A DNA stretch of 64,000 nt from an uncultured Pseudomonadota bacterium (GCA_902763535.1 CACWSG010000001.1:51957-115956), one strand, 5' to 3'; positions 51,377 to 60,473 are shown, counted from the stretch's first letter. Notes: generated by a model from the sequence alone, not told the origin. Program-made: numbers and translations.

Positions 51377-52087
51377 TTAATTAACTGATTCTTCTATTTC
51401 TTGAGCTAAACTGTCTATTGCATCTTCAATAATAGCTGTACCATCAATCTCATTCGCAACTTCGGCAATATTATTAATCAATGCTTCATAAAAGTCTTCA
51501 TCACCTGTCAATCTATACCAGAATTCTTTACCTGCATAGACGGGATTAGACTTATTTATGGTTTTATACATTGTTGATAAATCTTCATTACTACCATAAA
51601 AGACCCCAACAACACAGTCAACATCAGGATTGAAATCTCTTAAACCATTTGTTCGTGCTAAATTTCGGATTGCTTGGAAATGGTTTAATATTGTTGTAAT
51701 ATCATCCTTATTTATAGTATTTGGACCAGCCTTAATCTGGCAATATTTGTGTCTTCCATCAACTTGATCTGTGAATTCAATATCAATACCAGATGTTGTT
51801 GAGGCAAAACCATTTAAAACGTCTTTGCAAAAAGATTGCATCTGAGTACCAAAAATAGTATTTATCGATGTTCCTAAAACTCGAGGATAAATCAAAGCCT
51901 TTGCAATGTTTTTACTATCAGAATTGCCAAAAGCAAAATTTGCTAAATATTTCTGTAAAAAAGGATTAGGATTGAATTCCTTTAAGTGTTTAGCTTCTTC
52001 AGTTTTCTTTTTATGATTCTCAACAATATTGTCTCTAAAAAATTGTTTGGCTTTTTGCAGTATAAGTTGTTTTTCCTCTGGGGTCAT
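51377..52087 (-). CDS. Putative type II restriction endonuclease, cognate of the adjacent m5C MTase
   Basis: 236 aa from internal Met with GGAGA RBS. Candidate PD…(D/E)xK: GIDIEFTDQVDGRHKYCQIK. Position and orientation are typical of an R-M pair. Confidence 0.45.
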   Translation of the reverse strand: MTPEEKQLILQKAKQFFRDNIVENHKKKTEEAKHLKEFNPNPFLQKYLANFAFGNSDSKNIAKALIYPRVLGTSINTIFGTQMQSFCKDVLNGFASTTSGIDIEFTDQVDGRHKYCQIKAGPNTINKDDITTILNHFQAIRNLARTNGLRDFNPDVDCVVGVFYGSNEDLSTMYKTINKSNPVYAGKEFWYRLTGDEDFYEALINNIAEVANEIDGTAIIEDAIDSLAQEIEESVN

Positions 52088-52246
52088 TCTTATTCTCCGT
52101 ATAACAAACACGAGTAACATTTTATCTTAATTACCCAGAAAAGCAAGTTATAATTGGCTTTATTCTACATAATTAAACAGCAAAAAACCAAATTAATCTC
52201 TATATAATTGTAAAATGTATTTAACAAAATCCATAAATAAGAAATA

Positions 52247-52927
52247 TTATTTGTAGCTATTCAAGTCTATTTTATATTTTGAACAAAAATCGTAGATATT
52301 TTTAACTGTATAACACTTAATTCCTGTTTTTAAAGCAAATTCTTTTGCTCTATCATCATAACCATTCTTTACAAAATATGTTAAAATATAAGGATGCACA
52401 ATTGTTTTGTTTTCATCTGAAATATTCTTTATTACCCCTCCAACAAATTGTTTCATAGAGTTAAGACCTATACATTTTTTATCAAAACACTTGACTTGTG
52501 AATAAACGTCTATAATACCTAATATATCATCCTCCAATTTTCCTTTAATATCAATTGTATTAGCATCTTCTTGAGAATTATCAGCAACTTCTTCTACTTT
52601 AATTTTTTCACTTTTATTTAAAATATCACAACAGAGTTTTGCATATGATTTTGGACTTAATAGGTTTAATGCCTTACAAAATTCCATATATTCTTTTTTT
52701 CCTTTTATAACTACAAAATTTTCTTTATCATCAAACTCTACTATTTCATCGTCCTGTTCTCTAAAGAAATTTTCTAATATTCCTAAATGGTTATTAATCT
52801 CATCTTCTGAAATACTATCATCTATTTCTTGAACTACATTTGTAATTATCTTAGCAAAAGATCCAGATGTAGGATTACTACAAGCCATTTTATATATTTC
52901 GTTAAATGAAGGAAATTTGTTAACCAT
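52247..52927 (-). CDS. Hypothetical protein (226 aa) co-transcribed with the ParB-like gene
   Basis: Start codon abuts the upstream gene's stop (52927/52928). No recognisable domain. Several Cys pairs. Confidence 0.4.
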   Translation of the reverse strand: MVNKFPSFNEIYKMACSNPTSGSFAKIITNVVQEIDDSISEDEINNHLGILENFFREQDDEIVEFDDKENFVVIKGKKEYMEFCKALNLLSPKSYAKLCCDILNKSEKIKVEEVADNSQEDANTIDIKGKLEDDILGIIDVYSQVKCFDKKCIGLNSMKQFVGGVIKNISDENKTIVHPYILTYFVKNGYDDRAKEFALKTGIKCYTVKNIYDFCSKYKIDLNSYK

Positions 52928-54064
52928 TTAATTATCCTTAAGTTTTTTAATTGCCATTATCTTTTTTTGCACAAAATCCACCATATCTTCTACCAATTTA
53001 AAATCCTCATCACTAAACGATTGGATCGTTATAAAAGGCATAATATCAAACTCTGTTTTTAAATTTTCAATAGCCATTTTCCAATTATTATTGGGTTTTG
53101 AATTTTTAATTTCAAACTCTATCTCTTCTAATGTTTTATCTGTAGATAAAAAACTTTGATAAAACTTTGTATTTTCTTCTCTTAATAAATTAGATAATTT
53201 TCTCATACTTTTAGCTTCTGATAATTTTGGTGAATTATTTTCTCCTGTTGTTTCATTATACTTTCCTTTCATCCAAGAAATAAGCAATTCCAAATTATCT
53301 TTATTTAAACACTCAAAAGGATCATCTTGTATATCTAACCATTTTCTAATATTAGGACTTTTCATTGCTTCTTCAAAATAACTGTAATTATCAGGCGTAA
53401 ACGAAACATCTGTATCACCCTCAAGACTATTTGCCATTTCAAATAATTTCAGTGATCTTTTAGATTGCTTAACGGTTGCTTTTGTTATTCCCAACATATT
53501 ACTTATCTCTTCGTCAGAAATTTTATCTTTTGTTAATTTATTAATTAAAAGTGCTTTCTGATATGCTCCCCAAGATTTAACTCCTGATATATGCCTTATT
53601 CCAGGAATCAGCATATTATACGAAGCTTCTTTATCTTTATTGTCAACTAACAAAACATCTATGTTTTCCAAATCATTTTTCTCTTCTTTTGATAATGTAA
53701 TTTTTCCAACATTTTCCAAGTTTATTATAGATTTCAAAGCCGCAATTCTTCTATTACCTTCTATAACTACATATTTATTTTCAAATCCATTTATAGGTCT
53801 TACAACTACTTTATCTATAGGAAGAAAACCTACCTCAAGTATATTATCTCTTAAAGAAGATACTTCAAAAGATGGTAACAACATACGTTTTAACGTTTCT
53901 TCTTGAACTTTATCTTCTATTATTCTGTTTTCAGGAACTACGTAATTTTCCATATTAATCTCTAAAAAACGAGGATTATTAGGATCTAAATATAGATCAT
54001 TTAAGGCAATTGTTTTTTGTTTGAATTCATCTCTAGAAAAAGTTGTCATAATTACGCCTTCCAT
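52928..54064 (-). CDS. ParB/Srx-fold N-terminal domain protein with central HTH
   Basis: ParB box VVIEGNRRIAALKSI. HTH ISNMLGITKATVKQSKRSL. Long helical C-terminal region. 378 aa. No parA partner nearby. Confidence 0.55.
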   Translation of the reverse strand: MEGVIMTTFSRDEFKQKTIALNDLYLDPNNPRFLEINMENYVVPENRIIEDKVQEETLKRMLLPSFEVSSLRDNILEVGFLPIDKVVVRPINGFENKYVVIEGNRRIAALKSIINLENVGKITLSKEEKNDLENIDVLLVDNKDKEASYNMLIPGIRHISGVKSWGAYQKALLINKLTKDKISDEEISNMLGITKATVKQSKRSLKLFEMANSLEGDTDVSFTPDNYSYFEEAMKSPNIRKWLDIQDDPFECLNKDNLELLISWMKGKYNETTGENNSPKLSEAKSMRKLSNLLREENTKFYQSFLSTDKTLEEIEFEIKNSKPNNNWKMAIENLKTEFDIMPFITIQSFSDEDFKLVEDMVDFVQKKIMAIKKLKDN

Positions 54065-54446
54065 ATTTATTATTCAATACTGAGTAGAATAAAGCTCTTA
54101 CTGTACAAAAGCAAGCAAAATATATAAAAAATAAGAATAGCTTCAAATGAACATCAAAACTAAAAGAAACATTCAAAACGCAGGAAGTCGAAGGCAAATT
54201 GTTTCAAAAATGCAACTATTATCTAAAAATTTTGAAACTATTATTTACCTTGGATTTTTTTACCATACAATGCGGTTGTGCTGTTTTATGCATATTTTAT
54301 CATTAAAATGCTCGATTCGCATTGTATGAATAGAATATCGACAGTAAATAACATTTTTCATCGTAAATTATCTTTATGTAAGTTGTAACCATCTGATTTT
54401 ACACATTAAAATATGCTGCAAAAAAACATTTTCAGGCGCTTTTTAC

Positions 54447-54475
54447 TTGCTTATACTAGGAAAATATGGTATAAT
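54447..54475 (+). promoter_or_regulatory. Near-consensus sigma70 promoter (TTGCTT-17-TATAAT) driving a ~150-nt leader or small RNA
   Basis: -35 at 54447-54452, spacer of 17, -10 TATAAT at 54470-54475. Confidence 0.55.
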
Positions 54476-54595
54476 AAAATTGTATTTAGGCGGTAACCGT
54501 AGGTTAATTAAAAATGCTTAAATATAGGTTTGATGATAAAATCCTTCCGTGTGAACTAAGGGTCTAGCCAAACGTTAAGAACTCAACCCACATTC

Positions 54596-54676
54596 ACCTC
54601 AACAGGTGAAATGTGGATTTTGTTTTTTAACGAGCATCTGCATTTCACCAAAGATATGAAAGGAAACTGAAATGCA
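54596..54676 (+). promoter_or_regulatory. Leader with intrinsic terminator plus alternative, mutually exclusive pairings that sequester the start codon of the 54672 gene
   Basis: A ccacattcacc / A' ggtgaaatgtgg + T7 (terminator). B ctgcatttcacc can pair with A' or with B' tgaaatgcag. B' contains the ATG at 54672. Confidence 0.45.
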
Positions 54677-55427
54677 GACTTTTACAATTATAAAAAAGTA
54701 TATTGCTAAGCAAATTAAGCTTAATGGCAATTCTTGTAAAAATATTATACTAAGCACTAGGCAAATAAAAAAGGGTTATGAAAATCTTACTAATGCAGAG
54801 GTGTTTTATGATCTTATGACTATGGAAAATGCAGGAATTATTAAAATAAAAGTAAAAGCACGTCCAAGAAAGATATATAAAAATTTAAGGAGTAGCATAA
54901 TATTTTGCCAAAGAATTTGTCGCTATATTATAGATGTTTTACAACCTGAATATTTCTGTGTAAATGAACAAATTAATAATGATTGTACCAAAGAAAAGTG
55001 GGCTATTCAGGCTTCAGTTGATATTGATAACTGGAAATTCATTGTAAAATTAAATGGCATCGATGAAGATTTTGAATTCAATTTTAAACCTGCAGCAAAT
55101 GGATTGAAAACAAAATTGATGAGTTTTTGGGAAAAGGCTCAAAATAATCCAAATACTGAAATTGATTGCTATAGTGACGACTTGTTTAAAAGACCACACG
55201 ATTCCATAAAAGCATTTTTTAGACAATTTTGCCCCGAATTGCAGGATTATCTGATTAGTATTTCACGATCTGGAAACACCGCTCGTTTTATGCCTGTCGT
55301 ATCACCAGATATTTTAAGAGCTAAGAATATAGGCCGACTGATATTTAACAAGGGAGAAAATGAAAAAAAGTATAAATGTTCTTGGGATGAGAGTGGAACT
55401 TTTTTAGGCTGGAAGAGAATTGGCTAG
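54672..55427 (+). CDS. Hypothetical protein (251 aa)
   Basis: Long ORF behind the structured leader. No recognisable motif. Confidence 0.4.
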   Translation: MQTFTIIKKYIAKQIKLNGNSCKNIILSTRQIKKGYENLTNAEVFYDLMTMENAGIIKIKVKARPRKIYKNLRSSIIFCQRICRYIIDVLQPEYFCVNEQINNDCTKEKWAIQASVDIDNWKFIVKLNGIDEDFEFNFKPAANGLKTKLMSFWEKAQNNPNTEIDCYSDDLFKRPHDSIKAFFRQFCPELQDYLISISRSGNTARFMPVVSPDILRAKNIGRLIFNKGENEKKYKCSWDESGTFLGWKRIG

Positions 55428-55653
55428 ACTATGGTTATTGTCAAGGAATTTTCGAATATTAAAATAAGTCTGCATAGTTTCCGTATAGTACTCCTCTGAG
55501 AGTAAAAGTTCGAGATTCGTTGCGTTATTGTCACCAATTGCAACACTATTGATTTTTGAGGGAATTTTCCTGTTTAATTAATAAAAATAACATCTTGACT
55601 TCAAGATATTATTGTGCAACTTTTTGAATAGCTCAATATCAAGGAGAATTTTT

Positions 55654-56367
55654 ATGAAAAAAATCATTGTTGCTTTATTAGTTTTTTCTGCTTTTATCTG
55701 CCACAATTGCCAAGCGGCAACTTCTTTTTTAACTGAAGATGAAATTCCGACCGGAGCCAAAATCCTCCCCTTGCCCCCCAAACCGGGCGAAGCAGCTTTT
55801 TACAATGATTGGATGCGTTATGAATGGGGCAAAACCATGCGCGATACCGCACGCGGTCAACAGGCCAAAGAAGACGCCGTTCACACTTTGGAATATTTCT
55901 CTAAAATATACTCTGAACCATTCGGTATGACCATTTCACCTGAAACCACACCGGAAATTTCCTCACTTATAGAACGCATACTTGAAACTACTTTTTTGTG
56001 CAACAAAAAATCCAAAAGCCGCATTATGCGTGCCAGACCATTTATGCAATTCAATGAACCAACTCCCGTACCGGAAGACGAAGAAAAATTGCGCACCAAC
56101 TCATCTTATCCCTCAGGACACACTACTATGGGATGGGCAATTGCTCTTGTTTTGGCAGAAATTAATCCTGATCGTCAAGATGAAATTTTGCAACGCGGAT
56201 TTGAATATGGCGAAAGCCGTGTAATCGTCGGTTTTCACTATCAAAGTGATGTTGACCATGCCCGCATAATCACCTCGGCGCTTGTCAACAGATTGCATAC
56301 TAATGATGATTTTCTTCAACAAATGAAAAAAGCGAAGGAAGAATTTTTATCCCACAAATCGCTCTAA
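55654..56367 (+). CDS. Class A non-specific acid phosphatase (PAP2/PhoN family), secreted
   Basis: Signal peptide MKKIIVALLVFSAFICHNCQA. PAP2 motifs KSRIMRARPF, PSGHT, SRVIVGFHYQSDV. AAGGAGA RBS. Confidence 0.85.
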   Translation: MKKIIVALLVFSAFICHNCQAATSFLTEDEIPTGAKILPLPPKPGEAAFYNDWMRYEWGKTMRDTARGQQAKEDAVHTLEYFSKIYSEPFGMTISPETTPEISSLIERILETTFLCNKKSKSRIMRARPFMQFNEPTPVPEDEEKLRTNSSYPSGHTTMGWAIALVLAEINPDRQDEILQRGFEYGESRVIVGFHYQSDVDHARIITSALVNRLHTNDDFLQQMKKAKEEFLSHKSL

Positions 56368-56397
56368 TTTTTACCATAACAGCCCGCAAATTGGCTG

Positions 56398-56982
56398 TTA
56401 TGACAACTGTTTGGCACTTATGAAAAAAATTCCTTCTTTCATAAGCTGGGTTTCTTTTGATGTTTTCTTTTTTCTTCTTGGTTTCCATGCCAAATTTGCG
56501 AAGTTTATCTTCAAAAAATGGTATGAATCTACCAAATAACTGACCGGAAATTTAACTTTTTGGAACACTGTCCAATGATCACCGGTTTTGGGTGTATCAA
56601 CTCTGACAATACAGGAATGATCTTTCCGCAACATCCATTGTCGCAAAAGCTGAAAAGTTTTCCTGAAAGTTAAGTTTTTCCAATCCGGCATGGCTGTAAG
56701 TTTTTTCCATTGTATTAAAATATGATAATTTTCTTTCATATAATCCCGCGCTAAAAGCAAATACTTTTCTTCCAACACGCAGGTAGTGCCGTGATTAACA
56801 ACTTGCTCAATCAAATTGTTATCAATAAGATATTTCATAAAACATCTGAAAAAGGCTTCTTTTTCGCTGCTTGTCATAACCTTAAAAGATGAACAGGCAT
56901 AGCCGACTGCATTTATAACGGCATAAATTCCACAAAAATAATCCAAAGTACCTTGATACGAAATCTGAAATTTTGCAGGCAT
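56398..56982 (-). CDS. Stand-alone C39-like papain-fold peptidase-domain protein (paralog of 43732..44253)
   Basis: QGTLDYFCGIYAVINA and GDHWTVF…YLVDS align with QGNLDNLCGVYSSINA and HDHWSVI…YLNDS in the other copy. Lies 21 bp downstream of guaC on the same strand. Confidence 0.5.
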   Translation of the reverse strand: MPAKFQISYQGTLDYFCGIYAVINAVGYACSSFKVMTSSEKEAFFRCFMKYLIDNNLIEQVVNHGTTCVLEEKYLLLARDYMKENYHILIQWKKLTAMPDWKNLTFRKTFQLLRQWMLRKDHSCIVRVDTPKTGDHWTVFQKVKFPVSYLVDSYHFLKINFANLAWKPRRKKKTSKETQLMKEGIFFISAKQLS

Positions 56983-57003
56983 AATACCTTTTTCCTCTCT
57001 TAG

Positions 57004-58122
57004 CTAACTTTTACCAAAAACTTCATTTAATTGGCGATTGACACGGTAGAATGTTGTGCATTTAGGAATATCTTTCAGTCTGCGCGCACCGATATAAGCC
57101 ATTGTTGAGCGAATTCCACCCAATATCTCTTGAATCACATCTTCAATACTGCCCTTATAAGCCACCTCAACCACTTTTCCCTCCGAAGCACGATAACAAG
57201 CCATACCTCCGAAATGCCTTTCTTGTGCTAATTGTGATGACATCCCGTAAAACAGTTTATATTTCTCTTTCTTTTGAAGCAAACAAGCTTCGCCGGATTC
57301 TTCAGACACAACATTCGTTTGAATTGTCTTTTCAATCAACTCACCGGCCGCTTCATCAGTACCGGCAAACATTCCCCCCAACATCACAAAATCAGCCCCT
57401 GCGCCATAGGCTTTGGCCACATCTCCGGCGCAAGTACAACCGCCATCGGCACAAATAAATCCGTTAACACCGTGTGCGGCATCGGAACATTCCAAAATTG
57501 CTGATAACTGCGGACGTCCGACCCCGGTCAATTTTCGGGTTGTACAAACCGAACCCGGACCGATACCAACCTTGACAACATCAGCACCGCTTAAAATCAA
57601 ATCTTGGGTCATATCGCCGGTAACAATATTACCAACCATAATTAGTATGTCAGGAAACTTATCTCTTACTTCTTTTACAAAATCGGTCAATTTGGGAATG
57701 TAACCATTAGCAATATCTATGCATAATTTATCTATCTTAAAACTTTTATCTGCCAGCAGCGCAAAAAGCCGCTCCTTATCATCTTTCAAACCGGTTGAAA
57801 TAAAGGTATAAGCATTATGAGCACTCTCTTCTTTTTCATAATTTTGGGCAACATACTGATAGTTTTGGCCGTCACTAAAATCGTAATGTTTATGCAAACA
57901 GGTTATGGCTTGATATTTTTGCAAAACATCATTTACCGCAAAAGTTCCGGTTGTCGCCATATTAGCCGCCATAATTCCGCAAGACATAAGATGATGCGGA
58001 TAATACTTAAACTTATATTCTCTGATAACATCGGCTTCTTTGCGCGAATTAAGCGTTGTTCTTTTAGGCTGAAACAAAACATCGCAAAAATCTAATTCTA
58101 TACTATCCTTTATTTGTGTCAT
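57004..58122 (-). CDS. guaC: GMP reductase
   Basis: Collinear with enterobacterial GuaC over the full length: FKDVLxxPKR, IIAANM, CIDxANGY, active-site GIGPGSVCTTR, GADFVMLGGM, FYGMSS, ILGG(L/I)RS. 372 aa. Confidence 0.85.
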   Translation of the reverse strand: MTQIKDSIELDFCDVLFQPKRTTLNSRKEADVIREYKFKYYPHHLMSCGIMAANMATTGTFAVNDVLQKYQAITCLHKHYDFSDGQNYQYVAQNYEKEESAHNAYTFISTGLKDDKERLFALLADKSFKIDKLCIDIANGYIPKLTDFVKEVRDKFPDILIMVGNIVTGDMTQDLILSGADVVKVGIGPGSVCTTRKLTGVGRPQLSAILECSDAAHGVNGFICADGGCTCAGDVAKAYGAGADFVMLGGMFAGTDEAAGELIEKTIQTNVVSEESGEACLLQKKEKYKLFYGMSSQLAQERHFGGMACYRASEGKVVEVAYKGSIEDVIQEILGGIRSTMAYIGARRLKDIPKCTTFYRVNRQLNEVFGKS

Positions 58123-58278
58123 TATATCACCCCGATAAAAACTACATTTATTGAGTCAACTTTAATCATTATGCATATTTTATGCAACTGTTTAATGATT
58201 GTTATTAAAGTTATTGCAATTTTTAATTTTATAATCTTTAATATTTACTGACTTAAAATACCGCACAGGAAAACATCA

Positions 58279-59070
58279 ATGGTTATAAACAAACATAAAG
58301 ACCTTATCATCAACAAATATACGGAATACAACGAAGATGCACGATTGTTTAGTGATCGTGGACACAATGTCGAATATTTAACTACTATGCGCTATATTCA
58401 AAAATTTCTAAAACCTGGTGCTAAAATTTTAGAAATCGGCGCTGCAACAGGAAAATATTCAATTACATTAGCCAAAATGGGATATGAAGTTACTGCTGTT
58501 GATTTAGTTCCTCACCATATTGAAATAATGAAATCGAAATCACGTCATCTAAAAAATTTTCATTGTATGGTTGCCGACGCCCTTGATTTAAGTTTGTTTG
58601 ATGATAACACCTTTGATATGGTCTTAAATTTTGGCCCGATGTATCATTTGTTTCATAAAAAGGATAAAAACCAAGCTGTCAAAGAAACCTTACGTGTAGC
58701 TAAAAAGAACGGAATTTGTATGTTTGCATATATCCCAGGCGCATCTATTATTACCGGTTATGGCCTATTGCATCAAGGTATGGAGCACTTACATTCGTGC
58801 TTGGATAAATTTGGCCGTCCCAAAGATATTCCCGAAGAAATATTCAGTTGTTTTTACATCGAAGATTTCAAAAAATTATTCAATAAAACCAATAGTAAAT
58901 ATATTACTAATGTGGCAACCGACGGCATAGCCTATGCTATGAGGGAATATCTTGAGCAACTATCCGAAAAAGCCTATCAGGCCTTTTTAAATTGGCATTT
59001 TATCACCTGTGAACGAGCTGATCAACAAGGTTACAGCTCACATTTGCTCTATATTTGTCGGAAAAAATAA
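58279..59070 (+). CDS. Class I SAM-dependent methyltransferase
   Basis: Motif I ILEIGAATGKYS, acidic motif II VTAVDL, motif III-like VLNFGPMYHL. 263 aa. Followed by a strong bidirectional terminator (aagacgaaat…atttcgtctttt). Confidence 0.7.
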   Translation: MVINKHKDLIINKYTEYNEDARLFSDRGHNVEYLTTMRYIQKFLKPGAKILEIGAATGKYSITLAKMGYEVTAVDLVPHHIEIMKSKSRHLKNFHCMVADALDLSLFDDNTFDMVLNFGPMYHLFHKKDKNQAVKETLRVAKKNGICMFAYIPGASIITGYGLLHQGMEHLHSCLDKFGRPKDIPEEIFSCFYIEDFKKLFNKTNSKYITNVATDGIAYAMREYLEQLSEKAYQAFLNWHFITCERADQQGYSSHLLYICRKK

Positions 59071-59164
59071 AAAAATATCATATCATTTTACCGCATAATT
59101 TTACACTTTATAACAAACAAAAAAGACGAAATCCGGTCTCATCCGAATTTCGTCTTTTGTTGCG

Positions 59165-59668
59165 TTAATCTTCTTTTGCCGGTCTTACGATGATGTAGTG
59201 ATTTTCCACCGAATCAAACTTGACCTCACAAACAGCGGGAATTTCAGCTCTGGTCAAAGTATTATCCAACAACACTCTGATCTTTTTTCCGCCCTCTTCG
59301 ATTTCACCTTCGACAAATTCCTGATCTGTAAAGGAAATAATTCCTATCCTTTTCATAAGATATACTTTGTCTTTTTTCAATCTCGTATTGTCATAAAACG
59401 AAATCCAAGCCAAAAAGGCCATCAAATACACAAAAGCATATCCCAAAATAGCAACCAGCCATCCGTTTTGATGATGAGATGACACGAAAATGTTGTCATA
59501 GAGGATATAGGCTGTAATCAGGACAACCTCAACAACAAAAACCGTTATCCAGCTTTTTTTGCTGATAGCCCTTTTCACAACTCCGCTTACGGCAGCATAA
59601 CCGATGAAAAGATTAATTACGCATACCATTCCGAGAATGGCTCTGGAGATAATAATACTGTCTTCCAT
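59165..59668 (-). CDS. Membrane protein with C-terminal bacterial PH-like (YdbS/YdbT-type) domain
   Basis: Three N-terminal TM helices, then a beta-rich cytoplasmic segment KKDKVYLMKRIGIISFTDQEF…KIRVLLDNT. Confidence 0.5.
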   Translation of the reverse strand: MEDSIIISRAILGMVCVINLFIGYAAVSGVVKRAISKKSWITVFVVEVVLITAYILYDNIFVSSHHQNGWLVAILGYAFVYLMAFLAWISFYDNTRLKKDKVYLMKRIGIISFTDQEFVEGEIEEGGKKIRVLLDNTLTRAEIPAVCEVKFDSVENHYIIVRPAKED

Positions 59669-59866
59669 AATGTATAAGATTTTTTAATTTATAAAATTAT
59701 AATGTTTGAATCTAACATATAATTTTTTTGTATTTTGTCAAGTTGCAAAATTGTTGTGCTAAAAATAACAATTTCTTTTGACTTTATCTGAAAACAGCTT
59801 TCAAATGGTGGCATGGGAGGCAGATATCCCATATAAACTTTAATATTAAAGAAAGGAATTTTATCC

Positions 59867-60139
59867 ATGAATAAAACTGAATTTGTTGAGGCTGTTGCTA
59901 AAGAAGCCAAAGCCACCAAAGCTGCTGCTAACGAAGTTGTTAATGCTGCTATCGCTGTAATCACCAAAGCTTTGAAAAAAGGTGATTCTGTTCAATTGAC
60001 CGGTTTTGGTACTTTTGCTGTTGCCAAACGCGCTGCCCGCAAAGGTCGCAATCCTGCTACCGGTAAAGAAATCAAAATTGCAGCTTCTAAGGCTCCTAAA
60101 TTCAAAGCCGGTGCTGTTTTGAAAAAGGCTGTAAAGTAA
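59867..60139 (+). CDS. hup: HU-family nucleoid-associated DNA-binding protein
   Basis: MNKTEFVEAVAKEA… GFGTFAVAKRAARKGRNPATGKEIKIAASKAPKFKAG (HU arm). 90 aa. Confidence 0.9.
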   Translation: MNKTEFVEAVAKEAKATKAAANEVVNAAIAVITKALKKGDSVQLTGFGTFAVAKRAARKGRNPATGKEIKIAASKAPKFKAGAVLKKAVK

Positions 60140-60194
60140 TTTAGTTTTACAAGCATAAATTAGCCCCGCAGATAATTGGTCTGCGGGGCTTATT

Positions 60195-60473
60195 TTATTC
60201 CCTTTCAACCAACACAATTTGCCAATCAATTTTATAAAATTTCATCAGTTTTTGATATTTGCTCCAAGCAACACTGCCGCCGTTTTCAATTCCGTTTAAT
60301 GTCATCAATGATATATCAGTTTGCAAAACAACTTCTTCTGCGGTCATATTCTTATCCAAACGCACCTTTTTCAGTTGAGCCCCGATGCGATTGCGCATAT
60401 CATATTTAAAACTTGGTTTCATTTCAAACTCCCGTAATTTTGTTAAAACAAAACCACCTTGACAACTCATCAA
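60195..60473 (-). CDS. XRE-family helix-turn-helix transcriptional regulator
   Basis: IGAQLKKVRLDKNMTAEEVVLQTDISLMTLNGIENG. 92 aa. Confidence 0.7.
   Translation of the reverse strand: MMSCQGGFVLTKLREFEMKPSFKYDMRNRIGAQLKKVRLDKNMTAEEVVLQTDISLMTLNGIENGGSVAWSKYQKLMKFYKIDWQIVLVERE

Larger units (their letters stand above)
39483..59100. mobile_element. Integrated genomic island at tRNA-Glu(TTC) carrying recombinases, a Rep-like gene, restriction-modification and other defence-like cargo, and purine-salvage genes
   Basis: tRNA-adjacent serine integrase. Run of very AT-rich genes of non-core function. Second recombinase and HUH Rep. Right boundary is not marked by a repeat and could lie anywhere between about 54.1 and 60.6 kb. 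Confidence 0.6.

Noticed and set aside
54147-54329. 60-aa ORF upstream of the leader promoter
   Set aside because: No RBS. It sits in the AT-rich promoter region of the divergent ParB-like gene.
39483-59100. Looked for a direct repeat of the tRNA-Glu 3' end marking the island's right border
   Set aside because: None found by eye. This is consistent with serine-recombinase integration, so its absence is not evidence against an island. The boundary remains uncertain.
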